A DNA stretch of 63,992 nt, the filler included. It is 4 parts of 4 records of this genome, joined end to end, with 100 filler letters (N's around TTAATTAATTAA, not from the genome) between each part and the next. Parts side by side here need not be neighbours in the genome. Positions count along the whole stretch, not along the records: positions 1 to 21,045 come from SRR31147125_2077; positions 21,146 to 37,184 come from SRR31147125_2078; 2 more parts are not named here. One strand, 5' to 3'. The notes under the pieces were generated by a model, which saw only the letters and a list, made by a program, of their open reading frames with translations, did no database searches and was not told the origin of the DNA. Positions 9,886 through 21,221 of this stretch are shown here, one piece after another (the stretch's first letter is position 1; every line of letters begins with the position of its first letter). The position numbers and the translations under genes were made by a program.

Positions 9886-10590
9886 TTATTCATCAATGTC
9901 ATGTTTTTTATGTAATTTGTCAATTGCAACGGCATAAATGATACATAGTACGACAAACATTATTAATAGGAATTGAGCGGTATACCAGTAATGAAAAGGA
10001 AATCCTAAAAACCGAGAGTCTGTTAAAAAACTGCGATTATGGACAAGGTAAAGCTGCATTATTGGGGGAATTTGTTCTTTCATTTCAGGGCTAAAATCTC
10101 CGTTTTTAACCTTGACCAGTGACGTAGGCAAAAGTTCGTATAAAAGTTTATCAAACCCATCGGTTTGAAGCCCCAAAACCCCATGTAAATCGTTGTCAGC
10201 CAGAAAGCCAACAGGATCCCGGGTAAACATTATTTTTTGTTCTTCTGGCAGGAGATCCAGAATTAATTTGGAGACAGCAATCTTTAAAACATCCTTGTGC
10301 GGTTGTTTGAGCACAATATTTTTTCCCAATACAGATAATGTAATTCTGGACAAGTCCTGTTTGACCTGCGCATCCTGATTCGTTCCATCAACCACACCGG
10401 GCCAGATCTGTTCAAATTTGGCATAATTAGCTTCGGGCACCGGTTTATTTAACAGGATAAGCAAAACCTGAAATCCAAAGACGGCAACAGCCCAAATAAT
10501 CGCGAGTGTGAGAATGAGCTTCATGTTGGCCCTGGCATGCTCTGTGACTGGTCTGAAAAAATTCACCTTCACTTTTGCAGTAGTTTCCAC
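9886..10590 (-). CDS. DUF4212 (SSS small subunit) protein with a large insertion
   Basis: N-terminal TM (LAIIWAVAVFGF) and C-terminal FLGFPFHYWYTAQ motif; directly upstream of the symporter. Confidence 0.75.
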   Translation of the reverse strand: METTAKVKVNFFRPVTEHARANMKLILTLAIIWAVAVFGFQVLLILLNKPVPEANYAKFEQIWPGVVDGTNQDAQVKQDLSRITLSVLGKNIVLKQPHKDVLKIAVSKLILDLLPEEQKIMFTRDPVGFLADNDLHGVLGLQTDGFDKLLYELLPTSLVKVKNGDFSPEMKEQIPPIMQLYLVHNRSFLTDSRFLGFPFHYWYTAQFLLIMFVVLCIIYAVAIDKLHKKHDIDE

Positions 10591-10811
10591 AGTGTCTCTC
10601 CTTGCCTTTTGTGATTAATTAATAATAATTTAACCCCTAAAATGAAGCCAGAATATACATATTGATAATATATTCGTCAAGCACAATCAATGAAAAAATG
10701 AATTATATTCAGTTATTTTTTTCAATTGCTTTTTATTTTTATAATTCCTAACATATCCCAACATGCTCAAGAAGTTCATGTGCATAAAATCATACTGGAG
10801 TTCCGGCCTTG

Positions 10812-11627
10812 ATGAGATCACACAGTTTTGGTTCAAGTATCTTTGACGATCCCGTGGAACAATGTGTAGATAGTGCTTTGGCCCACAATCTGAAACATTT
10901 TGAAATCAATTTAGCTCCCAAACATTCTCATCTGCATACATTCACCAAAACAAGGATCTCACATTTAAAGCACCTCTCTCAAAAACATGGATTATCCTTT
11001 AGTTTCCATCCGTCCTCATCATTAAATATTGGTCACTCTGTCACCTATTTTCGTCATAAAAACATTCGCCATATTGTCAAATGCATTAAAATTGGTGCAC
11101 AACTAGGTATCACCCACATCACATTACATTTGGGCGATTTTGTTGGACATACAATAATGCATTACTTTCGCCAGGAAGCCTTAAAAAAAGTTGTCTCCAG
11201 CCTGAAAACGTTGATTAACATCAGCAGCGAACATCACATCATTCTGGCAATGGAAAATTCCGCAAGACTGCACAATGGATCCGAAACGCAAATGCTGGGC
11301 GATAATATCAATGATTTCAATATAATCTTTAATCACATCGATTCACCATGGCTTGGATTTTGTCTGGATATTGGTCATGCTAATTTGAACGAAGGCGCAT
11401 TAAAATATATCGAGCACTTTTCAGATAAAATTAAATGTGTTCACTTTCATGACAATTACGGGCATCAGGATGAGCATCTGGATATTGGTAATGGAACTGT
11501 AAATTGGGAGGATATAACAAAAGCTCTTAAAAAAGTAGAATGCAAAGGGCCGTTTATATCTGAATGCTTTAAAATCAGACCACACGACGCAACGGCGCTT
11601 TTTTTAAAATATTGGAAAACAGAGTAG
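10812..11627 (+). CDS. Sugar phosphate isomerase/epimerase (AP endonuclease 2 TIM barrel)
   Basis: LAMEN, CLDIGH, VHFHDNYG..DEHL..G.G.V.W motifs. Confidence 0.8.
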   Translation: MRSHSFGSSIFDDPVEQCVDSALAHNLKHFEINLAPKHSHLHTFTKTRISHLKHLSQKHGLSFSFHPSSSLNIGHSVTYFRHKNIRHIVKCIKIGAQLGITHITLHLGDFVGHTIMHYFRQEALKKVVSSLKTLINISSEHHIILAMENSARLHNGSETQMLGDNINDFNIIFNHIDSPWLGFCLDIGHANLNEGALKYIEHFSDKIKCVHFHDNYGHQDEHLDIGNGTVNWEDITKALKKVECKGPFISECFKIRPHDATALFLKYWKTE

Positions 11628-11709
11628 GACAAGCTTGTAAATTTTATCTAAAACAAATTCTCCTCTTCCATCTCCTTGTGCACTGTTAATTCCGGAACGC
11701 CACAATATA

Positions 11710-14603
11710 TTACGCAATACCTGTAAAATCGTAGCTTAATTTCTTTTGAAAATTGCCAATTTGGGAAAATATTTTTTTCAACATATGCTGTTCAATCTGT
11801 GTCAATTTTTTGGGATTGATATAATTATCCGGTTTTATATTATCGTTTAAATCCTGGACCTGATGTTGAAAACGCAACATCATTAAATAATTATAACATT
11901 CCACTATTTCATCACGAGATGCCCGGGTAATGACATTCTCCTCAAAAAGTTTACGTAATCGCTGCAGAGTATTTCGTTCGGAAATGCTATGACGGAGAGA
12001 ATAGATTCGGGCAAAATCGACGATGGGCATTAATGCATATTTTATATCAAAAGCCTCATGATGTTCTCCAGACGACTTTTTAATATTCCCGGTAAAAGTA
12101 ATGGGTGGTTTCACCAGCAATGAATTTTTTGCCAAATGGTTATAAAATCCGGGTTTATCCTGAGAGATCTCTTCTACATAGCGTCTCAATTCTCTAACAA
12201 GGGACAAATCACCATATAGGTAACGAAAGTCAAAAAAGATGCTGATATCTATTAAATCCTGTGGTTCGGCTTCATTGATCCAGTGAGAAAAATGTTTTTT
12301 CCATTCACTCAGACTAACACACCATTTTGGATTTTTCGCCATTACATCACCATTACAATAACGATAACCGGCTTGATCAAGCAAATCATTAACCATTTCC
12401 GCTAATTTTAAAAAATAGTCCTGAACATTCACTTTCGTATCTTCATATACGAGAACATTATCCTGATCTGTGACAAGGGTTTGTTCTTCCCGGCCCTGGC
12501 TACCCAACACCATAAAAGCAAATTTAACCGGGGTTCCCCCAGTTCATCCAAAACAATTCGAATAAACCTGGTTGCAGCAGAATCTCCCACCGAACTGATG
12601 ATCCGGGTCACATTGGGTGCCAGAGCTCCGCTTTCAACAAGATATTTCACCATTTGAGGTAACGTCTTGCATCTTTCAATGAGATCATCCACTGATTCAG
12701 CCCGATTGATTTCCTGAACCAATAAACCGGCTGAATATTGTGAAAGTTGTATTATTTCCTTATCTGAAATAAGATTATTAATATGCCCATGAATGTCAGC
12801 CAAGGGTAAATGTCGTATGAGCTTTTCCTGCATAAGAAGTAAAGCTTCGAAGACAAGAGCATTTTCCGACAAAGAGATCACAGGGGATGTCATAATTTCA
12901 TAAACAGGCCTGGACATTTCCTTTTCATCACAAACGACGCGTCCCCAGAGATCATCTGCTGTAACAATACCAATGGTCTCGCCCGTGTCGGTAACAACGA
13001 GAGCTGCGCTATGGTCATTCAATTTTATTTCCCGCGCTGCACTCTGTATAGGAGTGTTCATGGGTATACGAAGACATTTTCGGGCAAAATGTTTCACCGG
13101 TTGATTGAGGTAAACCAATGATGTCTGTAATTCCACGATGATCTCTTCTCTCGCCTGCTCCGTTTTCTTCAACTCGGAAATATCTTCAATAATACCATCA
13201 ATAAATCTGCCCGATTCATCCTCGCTTTTATTAACAACAGCAGAGACAGAAACAATAGAATTCACACCATCCCGACGTCTTAATTGAATAATACGCTTAT
13301 TAACAAATCCTTCATTCAATAAATTAGAAGTAAAAACAGTGGCTTCATCTTTGTCGCGAAAAAAATCAGTGATCGTTAAATTATCCAGACTTTCCTCGTC
13401 ACATCCCAGAATCTTCTTCCCCGCTCCATTCAATTCAATAAATCGCGGCTTTTTTCCCAACTGAATTCGAAATACGCCGATATTAACATTGTCCGTTAAC
13501 ATCTGGAATTTCTGTTTGCTCTCACCAAGCTCTTCCTTGATTTTATTCAGTCCGCCCATATCCTTGGCGATAACAATATAGCCTTTTTTACCGAAAATAT
13601 GTATCTGAGAGATCGATACAAGAGCGTCAACAAAAGAACTATCTCTGCTCACAAGCCGGGCTTCAAACTGTTCCGGAATCTCCCCGGAATGCAACAGACT
13701 AATAAAATCTGTATATTCTGTATGATCTGATATATCCGGAACGATCAATTCGTCCAGATTCATTTGAACAAACTCGCTTTCCGTAAATCCAAGCATATTT
13801 TGGATGATTTGATTGGCAAAGATAACATGAGAATCCATAATCATCAGCGTACCTTCTGTGGATGCCTCTACCAATGTTTTATATTTTTCCCGTGACTCGG
13901 CAAGTTCCTTTTCCGCTGCCTGTTTTTTCCTTTCAATCTGCAATGTTTGCCGGGCAGTATATGATAAAATCAAAGCGAGGATAATAATAATGGCCATTGA
14001 AATATGGATTAACCTTCTGGTGATTCGGGAAATTTCTGCACCAACATCTTCAACATATATCCCCGTACCAATCACCCACTCCCAGGGTGCAAATCCGCGC
14101 ACATAAGATAATTTGGGCACAATGCGGGTGGAATCGTCCTTCCATTGCCACCAATAATCAACATAACCCGAACCGTTTTCCCGAACTATTTTTACAAATT
14201 CCACAAAAAGCTTTTTCCCATGTGAATCAACAAAATCCGTCAAATCCTGCCCGTTGAGGTCACCACGATAAGGATGAACGATCATGAGAGGCTGCATATC
14301 GGTTATCCAGAAATAATCCTTGTTTTCACTGCCATATCGAAGTGACCGAATACCGAAAATGGCTTTTTCCTGTGCCTCCACCAACTCGAGTTCACCGGTT
14401 TTTACCTTTTCATGATAACTATCCAGTAAATTCCAGGCGGAATTGGTGAGTTCACGGATCATTTCTCGCTTGCGATCCATCAGGTGTTTTTCTGAAGATG
14501 GAATAATGATACAAAAAATGGCAACAATAAAAAGGACAATTGCCAATAAAGTGGGAAGAATTATATTGATAAGAAAGGATCGGACAAATGACGTTTTTGA
14601 CAT
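11710..14603 (-). CDS. Cache-PAS-PAS-CBS-DUF294 nucleotidyltransferase-like sensor (frameshift near 12530)
   Basis: TM-sCache (LRYG...YFWI...HP...GSGYVDYWW...PKLSYV...WVIGTGIY)-TM, two PAS, a CBS pair, then LGSQGREEQTLVTDQDN and FFDFR; adding one C at G-run 12530-12533 joins the two ORFs (ELGEPPVKFAFMVLGS). Confidence 0.85.
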
Positions 14604-14976
14604 AATAGACTCTGTTTTTTGGGTTCCAAACAAAGTTATTTTCACTAAAATATAGGAATTTACAATATTAAAAAACACAAAAAAAATATCAAACTGGCTT
14701 TTTCATGCCTTTCGATTGCTATCTATGTGTTTTTATCTAATTCGTGGTCAAGTTATAACTGTGAACGTCGAAATAGCCGATGCCGCAGTTTAATTATTTT
14801 TGTACATGCAGGTCAGGATATAAAAGAAAAGGCTGGTAAAAACCAACCTTTCCATTTGAAGATTCATATTATGATCTTTTCTTCAGGAATCAATGAAGCA
14901 AATGAAATTAACTAACGTCAGCTTAATGCGAGCGTGAACGAATGTAAAAAAGCAAACCGAGCAAAACCAATTTCCC

Positions 14977-17412
14977 TTACTTTAAAATGATCAGTTTATT
15001 CATATCTACAAAGGCACCTGCTTCCATTATGTAGAAATATATTCCTGACGGTAACTCTTTTGTTTTGTATGGAATTTCATGACTTCCGGCACCATATTCC
15101 TTATCTGTGACAATATCTACTTTACGTCCTAAAATGTTATATAAAGTTATTTTTACTTTTTCTGCTTTTGCCAGGTTGAAACTGATGGTAGTAGATGAGT
15201 TAAAAGGATTGGGATAATTCGGCCTCAAACAATAAAGTCCGGAAAGTTGAGGAGGTTTTTCATCGGTAATATTTGTAATGGATAGATTTATATAAAATAT
15301 CCCCTGATAATTCGTACCTAAATATAACAAATGGTTCACAAGATCCCATTCTGTGGTTTGAATTATACCTGTGCTATATTCAGGATCTATATCGATCCAA
15401 CTTTCATTGTCACCATCCTTGATAAAAAGTCCCCGATCTCTAGTTATGGCGTAAATTCTATCCGGTGCCTGTGAATCAATGACAATTTTTATAAGATGAG
15501 ATAAACTCGTATTGAGTGATTGCCATGTTAGGCCACCGTCGCTGCTCTGATATACATCATTATCACAGGCGGCATAGATCGTAGTTGGGGATCCGGGAGC
15601 AAAGCACAGGTCCCGAACATAATTTCCTGCATCCTGAAGAGCCGTACTAACATTTTCCCAATTCATACCGCCATCTGCACTCCGGAACAATATACCTTTA
15701 TTCTCTGAATTTGTACTTATCTGTCCACCTGCAAATAAAATATTGGAATTCCCCGGAAAGACTGAAAACGTCGATATTGAACAATTTTGCAAAGAGGTTA
15801 TTTGTGTCCGGGTCCAGGTTTCTCCACCATCATGACTTTGACTTATCCCAATGACATTTTTATTTTCAATTTCATAGGATCCAAGAATATATATAATATC
15901 AGGATTATTCTTATCAAAGATTATTTTGCCGGGTGAAAGGCCACTATTCAATTCAAACCAATCGGAACCACCAACTGTGGTTTTATATAACTTGTACCCG
16001 GCACTTCAGCGGCCTCTTTGTATAATATATACAATCTCAGGAGATTGAGGATGAACCTCGATTTCAGGAATGGATAAACATGGATTTAAATTTTGCAAGG
16101 ATATCCAGGACTTGCCTGAATCCATTGATTTATAAAGAACATCTCTTACACTTGCATAAATTATCCTCGGATCAGATGATGTGATACCAATCGCACGAAT
16201 ATCTGCAGTAATGATACCGGAATTAACATAGCTCCATGTTCGACCGGCATTAAGGCTGCGACGAATTCCTTCTGAACCCGCAAAAAACAGGATATTGGGA
16301 TCAAAAGAATCAACTATTAATGCGTTACACGAACTCATTATATCATCCAGAATTATATCCCAATTTACACCACCATCTGTACTTTTAAAAACGCAGCTAT
16401 CATACCCTGCGTAAATAATATTTGAATTCATCGGATCAACGGCAAGCTCATATGCTTTGGCAGTTCCATTATTCTTTAACCAGCTTGAGCCACCATTTTC
16501 GCTTCGGTAAACAGCGTCTCTTGTACCTGCATAAATTTGTTCCGGATTCCGTAAATCTATTGTTAGGCTTGTAAGTTCTCCTGAAATTCCATCCGAAATA
16601 TCGACCCAGGTGCTTCCGCCATCTACGCTCTTACGTAACAAGGTATAAACCCAAACTGATTCATTTTCGAATTTTCTACGCATTCCACCTATATAAACAA
16701 TATTTGTATCTTCAGGACTTGCAGCAAGGCAGGTTACATGATTATATGTACTATCGACGTTAGGAATATCAAAGGAAACCCAGTTTATACCTCCATCACT
16801 ACTTTTTAGTAATCTGGAGCTTGTTATGGTTTCAGTTCGAGTCCGACATTGACCACTCATATAGATCAAATTGCTGTTGTTTGGATGAACGTAAAGCTCA
16901 AGAAAATTACAGAGCAAAGGTAAGGATATAGAGTGCCAGTCATAACCCCCATCAAAACTTTTATAGAATGAACCATGTTGAGAAACAGCGTATAATACGG
17001 AAGAATTAAAAGGATCCATTCTTATTGATGAAATATCATATAGCGGGAATTTTTGCGGCGGAGTTCCAAAAACAATGTTTGATTCGAGTTTTTCCCAGTT
17101 TTCGCCGCCATCCAAACTTTTATAAATCAGCGAAGTGGGGTGAACTAATGCATATAAAACCTGATGATCAGTTTGATCCATAATAAGCGTGCGCACATCG
17201 CCGCCCGCAGGGCCAATCTGATGCCAGGACCAATCATTGTCTTTCATAATAGGTAAATTTTGATGACCGTCTGAAAATGATGACCTTGCACCGGGGCGTG
17301 TCATTATATTTTCATTACTATGAGGTCGAAGGATTATTTGTGATGAGGACGAATTCATCAACACAATAAATAAACAAAATAATACTATTGTTATAAATGT
17401 TACTTTCATCAT
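14977..17412 (-). CDS. Secreted BNR/VPS10-like beta-propeller protein with NYPNPFN C-terminal sorting domain and in-frame UGA (probable Sec)
   Basis: Many S.DGG..W repeats in both ORFs; QRGR-UGA(16006-16008)-SAGYKLYKTTVGGSDW joins ORFs 16006-17412 and 14977-15951 in frame. Confidence 0.75.
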
Positions 17413-17477
17413 ATTAATAATATTTAGTAATAAATGACTGACGCTTAAAATCCAATCTATGTCTTTTATTTGTCAGC

Positions 17478-19112
17478 TTATTTTAAATACAGCATCTTGA
17501 TATATTGTTTATACGCCCCTGCAATCATTTGACAGAAATAGATTCCACTGGAAATATTTTTCCAATCATCATTTTTCGCATCCCACATCACAAAATATTT
17601 GCCTGCGTTCATTTCTTCATTCACTAAATGGCGAATTATTTGACCAACCTGGTTTATTATCAGGACTTTAACTCTTTCTTGCTTTGCTAATTCGAAGGAT
17701 ATGGATGTTTGTGGATTAAAGGGATTGGGAAAATTTTGACAAAGTTTGAATTGAACCGGAAGCTGGCTAAAACCATCAACACCAGTGACAGCAGCAACCG
17801 GGGAGCTGAAATCAGAAGTATTGCCAACCGAATCGGTAGCCGTTGCCGTTACATAATTTGTGGGTGAATGGCCGCCTGTTAGAAATGTAAAATATCCGGA
17901 TTCATTCGACAAAGTGGCTCCCAAAAAGCTTTGTCCCTCATCTTCGTCATCTTCAAATATCTCTATGGTCATGTTGGGCCCGGCTGTACCTGTTACCTGA
18001 GATCCGCTTACAGATTGTATGACCGGCCGTGCCAGCTCCATATTGCCACCCTGATAATTTATTATGCCCATAGCCCCGTTTCCGGAAATGGAATTCCGCG
18101 TCAATGTATTGCTAACCGCCATGTTGCCATTAACACTTATACCATACCACCCATTATATCCTATCACATTGTCCATAATCAGGTTGTGTGTCGCACTGTC
18201 CGAGAATGTCCATATGGTAATCCCGTTGCCAGTGTTTCCAAACGACATATGCCAATCATCATTAGTCCCAATGAAATTATGGGCTATCATATTATAACTG
18301 GATTCCGTAATGTTGACACCGACCTTGTTCCCCATGATCCAGTTGTCATAGACTTCATTATGATGACTTTTGTCACTGATATTCACACCGCCATATCCGC
18401 CAATCAACCCATTCCCAATGGTATCACTTTTTGTACGATTCATTCCGATGATGTTACCAATAATAACATTGTTCGAGCTGCCAAATCCCAGTGTGATACC
18501 AACCCAGGGATTTCCGGATATGACATTGGGGAGTGTGTCCATAGGAACAATGTGATTAGACTTACTACCATCCACGTATATGCCATATATGTTGCCTTTG
18601 GCTTCCATACCTGTGGGATCTGTACCGATGTAACATCCGGTAATATGGCAGTTGATGGCCCCATCCAGATAGATACCCGCCCCTCCAAATTCATTAATGG
18701 TGAGATAATAGATATGTACACCTGAAGATATTATAAATATTCCGTTATTGCCAATCGCAACCGAGCCTTTAAATTCGATCTCAGGTCCGGAGGGATTGGT
18801 ATCTTCCCCGATAAACTCGGACTGGGACATCCCGTTTATGACGAGATTCGAATCCGTTATAACATAATGACTGCTTGCCATTATGGTCCATACGCCCGTG
18901 TTAGCACTATAGCCTGGATCGGCTTTTGGAATTTGAAACAAAATAATATCCGGTTCAGCACTGATGGCGGACTGTTTTATAGCATCACGAAATGAACCCA
19001 GGCCTGTATCCACTGTTGTTGTCACAAAAAGATCAGCCGGGAACAGATTGTTAGGGAAAAGGCAGATTGGCACCATTACCAGCCAAATCCAGTTTAAACG
19101 TCGCAACTTCAT
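17478..19112 (-). CDS. Secreted right-handed beta-helix (NosD/pectin lyase-like) protein with C-terminal sorting domain
   Basis: Signal peptide, GSFRDAI, repeated N.I.GN..G motifs, QNFPNPFN tail. Confidence 0.8.
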   Translation of the reverse strand: MKLRRLNWIWLVMVPICLFPNNLFPADLFVTTTVDTGLGSFRDAIKQSAISAEPDIILFQIPKADPGYSANTGVWTIMASSHYVITDSNLVINGMSQSEFIGEDTNPSGPEIEFKGSVAIGNNGIFIISSGVHIYYLTINEFGGAGIYLDGAINCHITGCYIGTDPTGMEAKGNIYGIYVDGSKSNHIVPMDTLPNVISGNPWVGITLGFGSSNNVIIGNIIGMNRTKSDTIGNGLIGGYGGVNISDKSHHNEVYDNWIMGNKVGVNITESSYNMIAHNFIGTNDDWHMSFGNTGNGITIWTFSDSATHNLIMDNVIGYNGWYGISVNGNMAVSNTLTRNSISGNGAMGIINYQGGNMELARPVIQSVSGSQVTGTAGPNMTIEIFEDDEDEGQSFLGATLSNESGYFTFLTGGHSPTNYVTATATDSVGNTSDFSSPVAAVTGVDGFSQLPVQFKLCQNFPNPFNPQTSISFELAKQERVKVLIINQVGQIIRHLVNEEMNAGKYFVMWDAKNDDWKNISSGIYFCQMIAGAYKQYIKMLYLK

Positions 19113-19332
19113 TATCCCCTCCTTGAATATAATATGTCATAACATGATGCTCACACTCGGGGGTGAGCAAGGAGTTGATTTTTAGCAAAATAGTGACTGA
19201 AAATTGACAACCAGACGATTAAAACCGATAATGCCAGCCATCGTGTGCAGCAAAAACTATGTGGATTTTTTCCCAGGAAATCCTAAAATAAATTCGAAAT
19301 TCATCAAGAAGGTTTGACGTTTTTCATTTGTT

Positions 19333-19896
19333 TTATTTCCTGGGCATTCCCATCAATCCAGGAGTTCTGGCTTTATACTGCCTGTAGGCATTATTATATC
19401 TGTTCAAACAGTGTCTTTCTTCGATCAGTGCTTCCTGATAAAAGCATAATGCCATAATGATACTTAAAGATGTAAATAGCCATGATTTTATGGCAATACC
19501 AGTACCGAGACAAATTAAAAAAGTGGCTAAATACATTGGATGCCGTGAAATCCGATATACTCCTTTTGTAATCACCTGATCTACGGGTGTTGTAATGAAA
19601 TTATGAGTCGCTATTGTTATGAATATCAAGCCGACAAGAAAAACAGAAAGGCCAATATAAAACCAGACAGTACCGAATTGAAGAGGTAAAAAAGCAGAAT
19701 AGACCATGGCTACTAACCTGATAAAATTACCGATGATACTTGCATATCGTTCACGCTTGTTTCGTTTTGCCTCAACAGGAATATGACTCTTTTTCCACAC
19801 CTGCTTGTCTATAAAAGATATAGCTATCATCTGTATTATGAAAACGCTCATAAATATCCATGCATTCCATATTCCTATTTTAAAAGGTGTTGACAT
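19333..19896 (-). CDS. Isoprenylcysteine carboxyl methyltransferase/PEMT-family membrane protein
   Basis: TKGVYRISRHPMY, EE..C...Y...Y..Y motifs. Confidence 0.85.
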   Translation of the reverse strand: MSTPFKIGIWNAWIFMSVFIIQMIAISFIDKQVWKKSHIPVEAKRNKRERYASIIGNFIRLVAMVYSAFLPLQFGTVWFYIGLSVFLVGLIFITIATHNFITTPVDQVITKGVYRISRHPMYLATFLICLGTGIAIKSWLFTSLSIIMALCFYQEALIEERHCLNRYNNAYRQYKARTPGLMGMPRK

Positions 19897-20297
19897 GAAA
19901 GTTATTTTAGTACCTTTCTTATGTTTTGTTGTTTTTTCACATAATCGGGACAGGGTGGCGCTTCATAACGCCGTTCCTACTACATCACCGGTGATACGAA
20001 TCTTATACCAGGATTGTTCAATTCAATCTTTTAGAACGTTATTTCGCATCCTGCTGAATACGAACCATGCCTGGCACACACACCGCATTTCAGCCGCCGT
20101 ACAATGAACTGTCAATTTTAGACCAATTGAAAGTTGACCACTGAATATTTCAAAACCACGGCGCTACTTGCAGTTGGCTGTAAATACAATATTACAATGC
20201 ACATCAAAAAATCTTGCAGAAAATTTAACAAATCTTTCTATGCAATTTATACTTTCTATTGGATGAACAGTAACCATCCCTTGAAAATGACATGAAA

Positions 20298-21045
20298 TTA
20301 GAATCCCATGGTAATATATTTATTGTTTTTAACTGCTTCGCACGGATTTCCTTTGTATAAATAAAACCGCCCCTCATTAATATCAATAAATGCTGTGCCA
20401 AGAGTTTGCCCTAAAATGTCTTCCTGAGGATGACGACAGGGAGAATATGGTTTTCTTTCATGAGAAGATAAAATGGATAACATAGAGTCTGGTTGAATAT
20501 TACTCATTTCAAGTTGATTTAATTTCTCATTAATCACAATGTAACGGGAAAGAGATGAGCTGCTCTTATATTCCTGATCCTGAAATTGGTAATCCTTCAT
20601 TTTTTCAAATAAAAGATGATTTGTGTGGAAATAAATCCCTTTGGGATGCTTTATCTCTGCTCTACCCGGAATAGTTTCAACCGATGCATATCTTTTTTCA
20701 TTAAATCCGGCAAGATGATGGTGATAAGGATAGGCGCGTGGTTCGAATGTGGCGATTTGAATGGCTTCCTTCAAATCTTTTGCTTCTAATATCGCCCGGC
20801 CAATAACATAGCGCGGAAGACCAATTTCTCTCTGCATGCTGCTGATATAGTTTGTGGTTTGGACAATTCCCCGGCTATTTAATGACGGTCCGTTACCGGT
20901 TATAATTCCCGGATAAACCAAAGAAATATAAGAAACACCCGAGGGCGGGATTACTTTTATTGTAAACATGATATCTTTATAGGCAGTATGACCATCTTCG
21001 TTGTGGAATAACCACATGTTTTTATCATTTTTGACGAAAATGCTG
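20298..21045 (-). CDS. C45-family autoproteolytic peptidase/acyltransferase (5' partial)
   Basis: HNED, G.SLNSRGI, HTNH, SS..R and GNPC motifs; frame open to the contig edge. Confidence 0.8.
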
Positions 21046-21145
21046 NNNNNNNNNNNNNNNNNNNNNNNNNNNNNNNNNNNNNNNNNNNNTTAATTAATTA
21101 ANNNNNNNNNNNNNNNNNNNNNNNNNNNNNNNNNNNNNNNNNNNN
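21046..21145. other. Artificial contig spacer
   Basis: N-run with central TTAATTAATTAA; composition changes across it. Confidence 0.98.
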
Positions 21146-21221
21146 TTTTTTATTATTTTAATAAATATGACACATATTTGACACATTTATCCTATATAAT
21201 ATATGCGTAGGAGGTTTTTAT

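Noticed and set aside
17931-18725. Long antisense ORFs (for example 17931-18725, 2618-3103, 35419-35958)
   Set aside because: Shadow frames opposite well-supported genes, with no recognisable motifs
20110-20143. TGTCAATTTTAGACCAATTGAAAGTTGACCACT, resembling an IS21-family end
   Set aside because: Single weak match; no partner repeat or transposase visible
21046-21145. TTAATTAATTAA palindrome within N-runs (also at 37185-37284 and 58796-58895)
   Set aside because: Identical artificial linker with stops in all frames; not biological, and no gene linkage should be inferred across it
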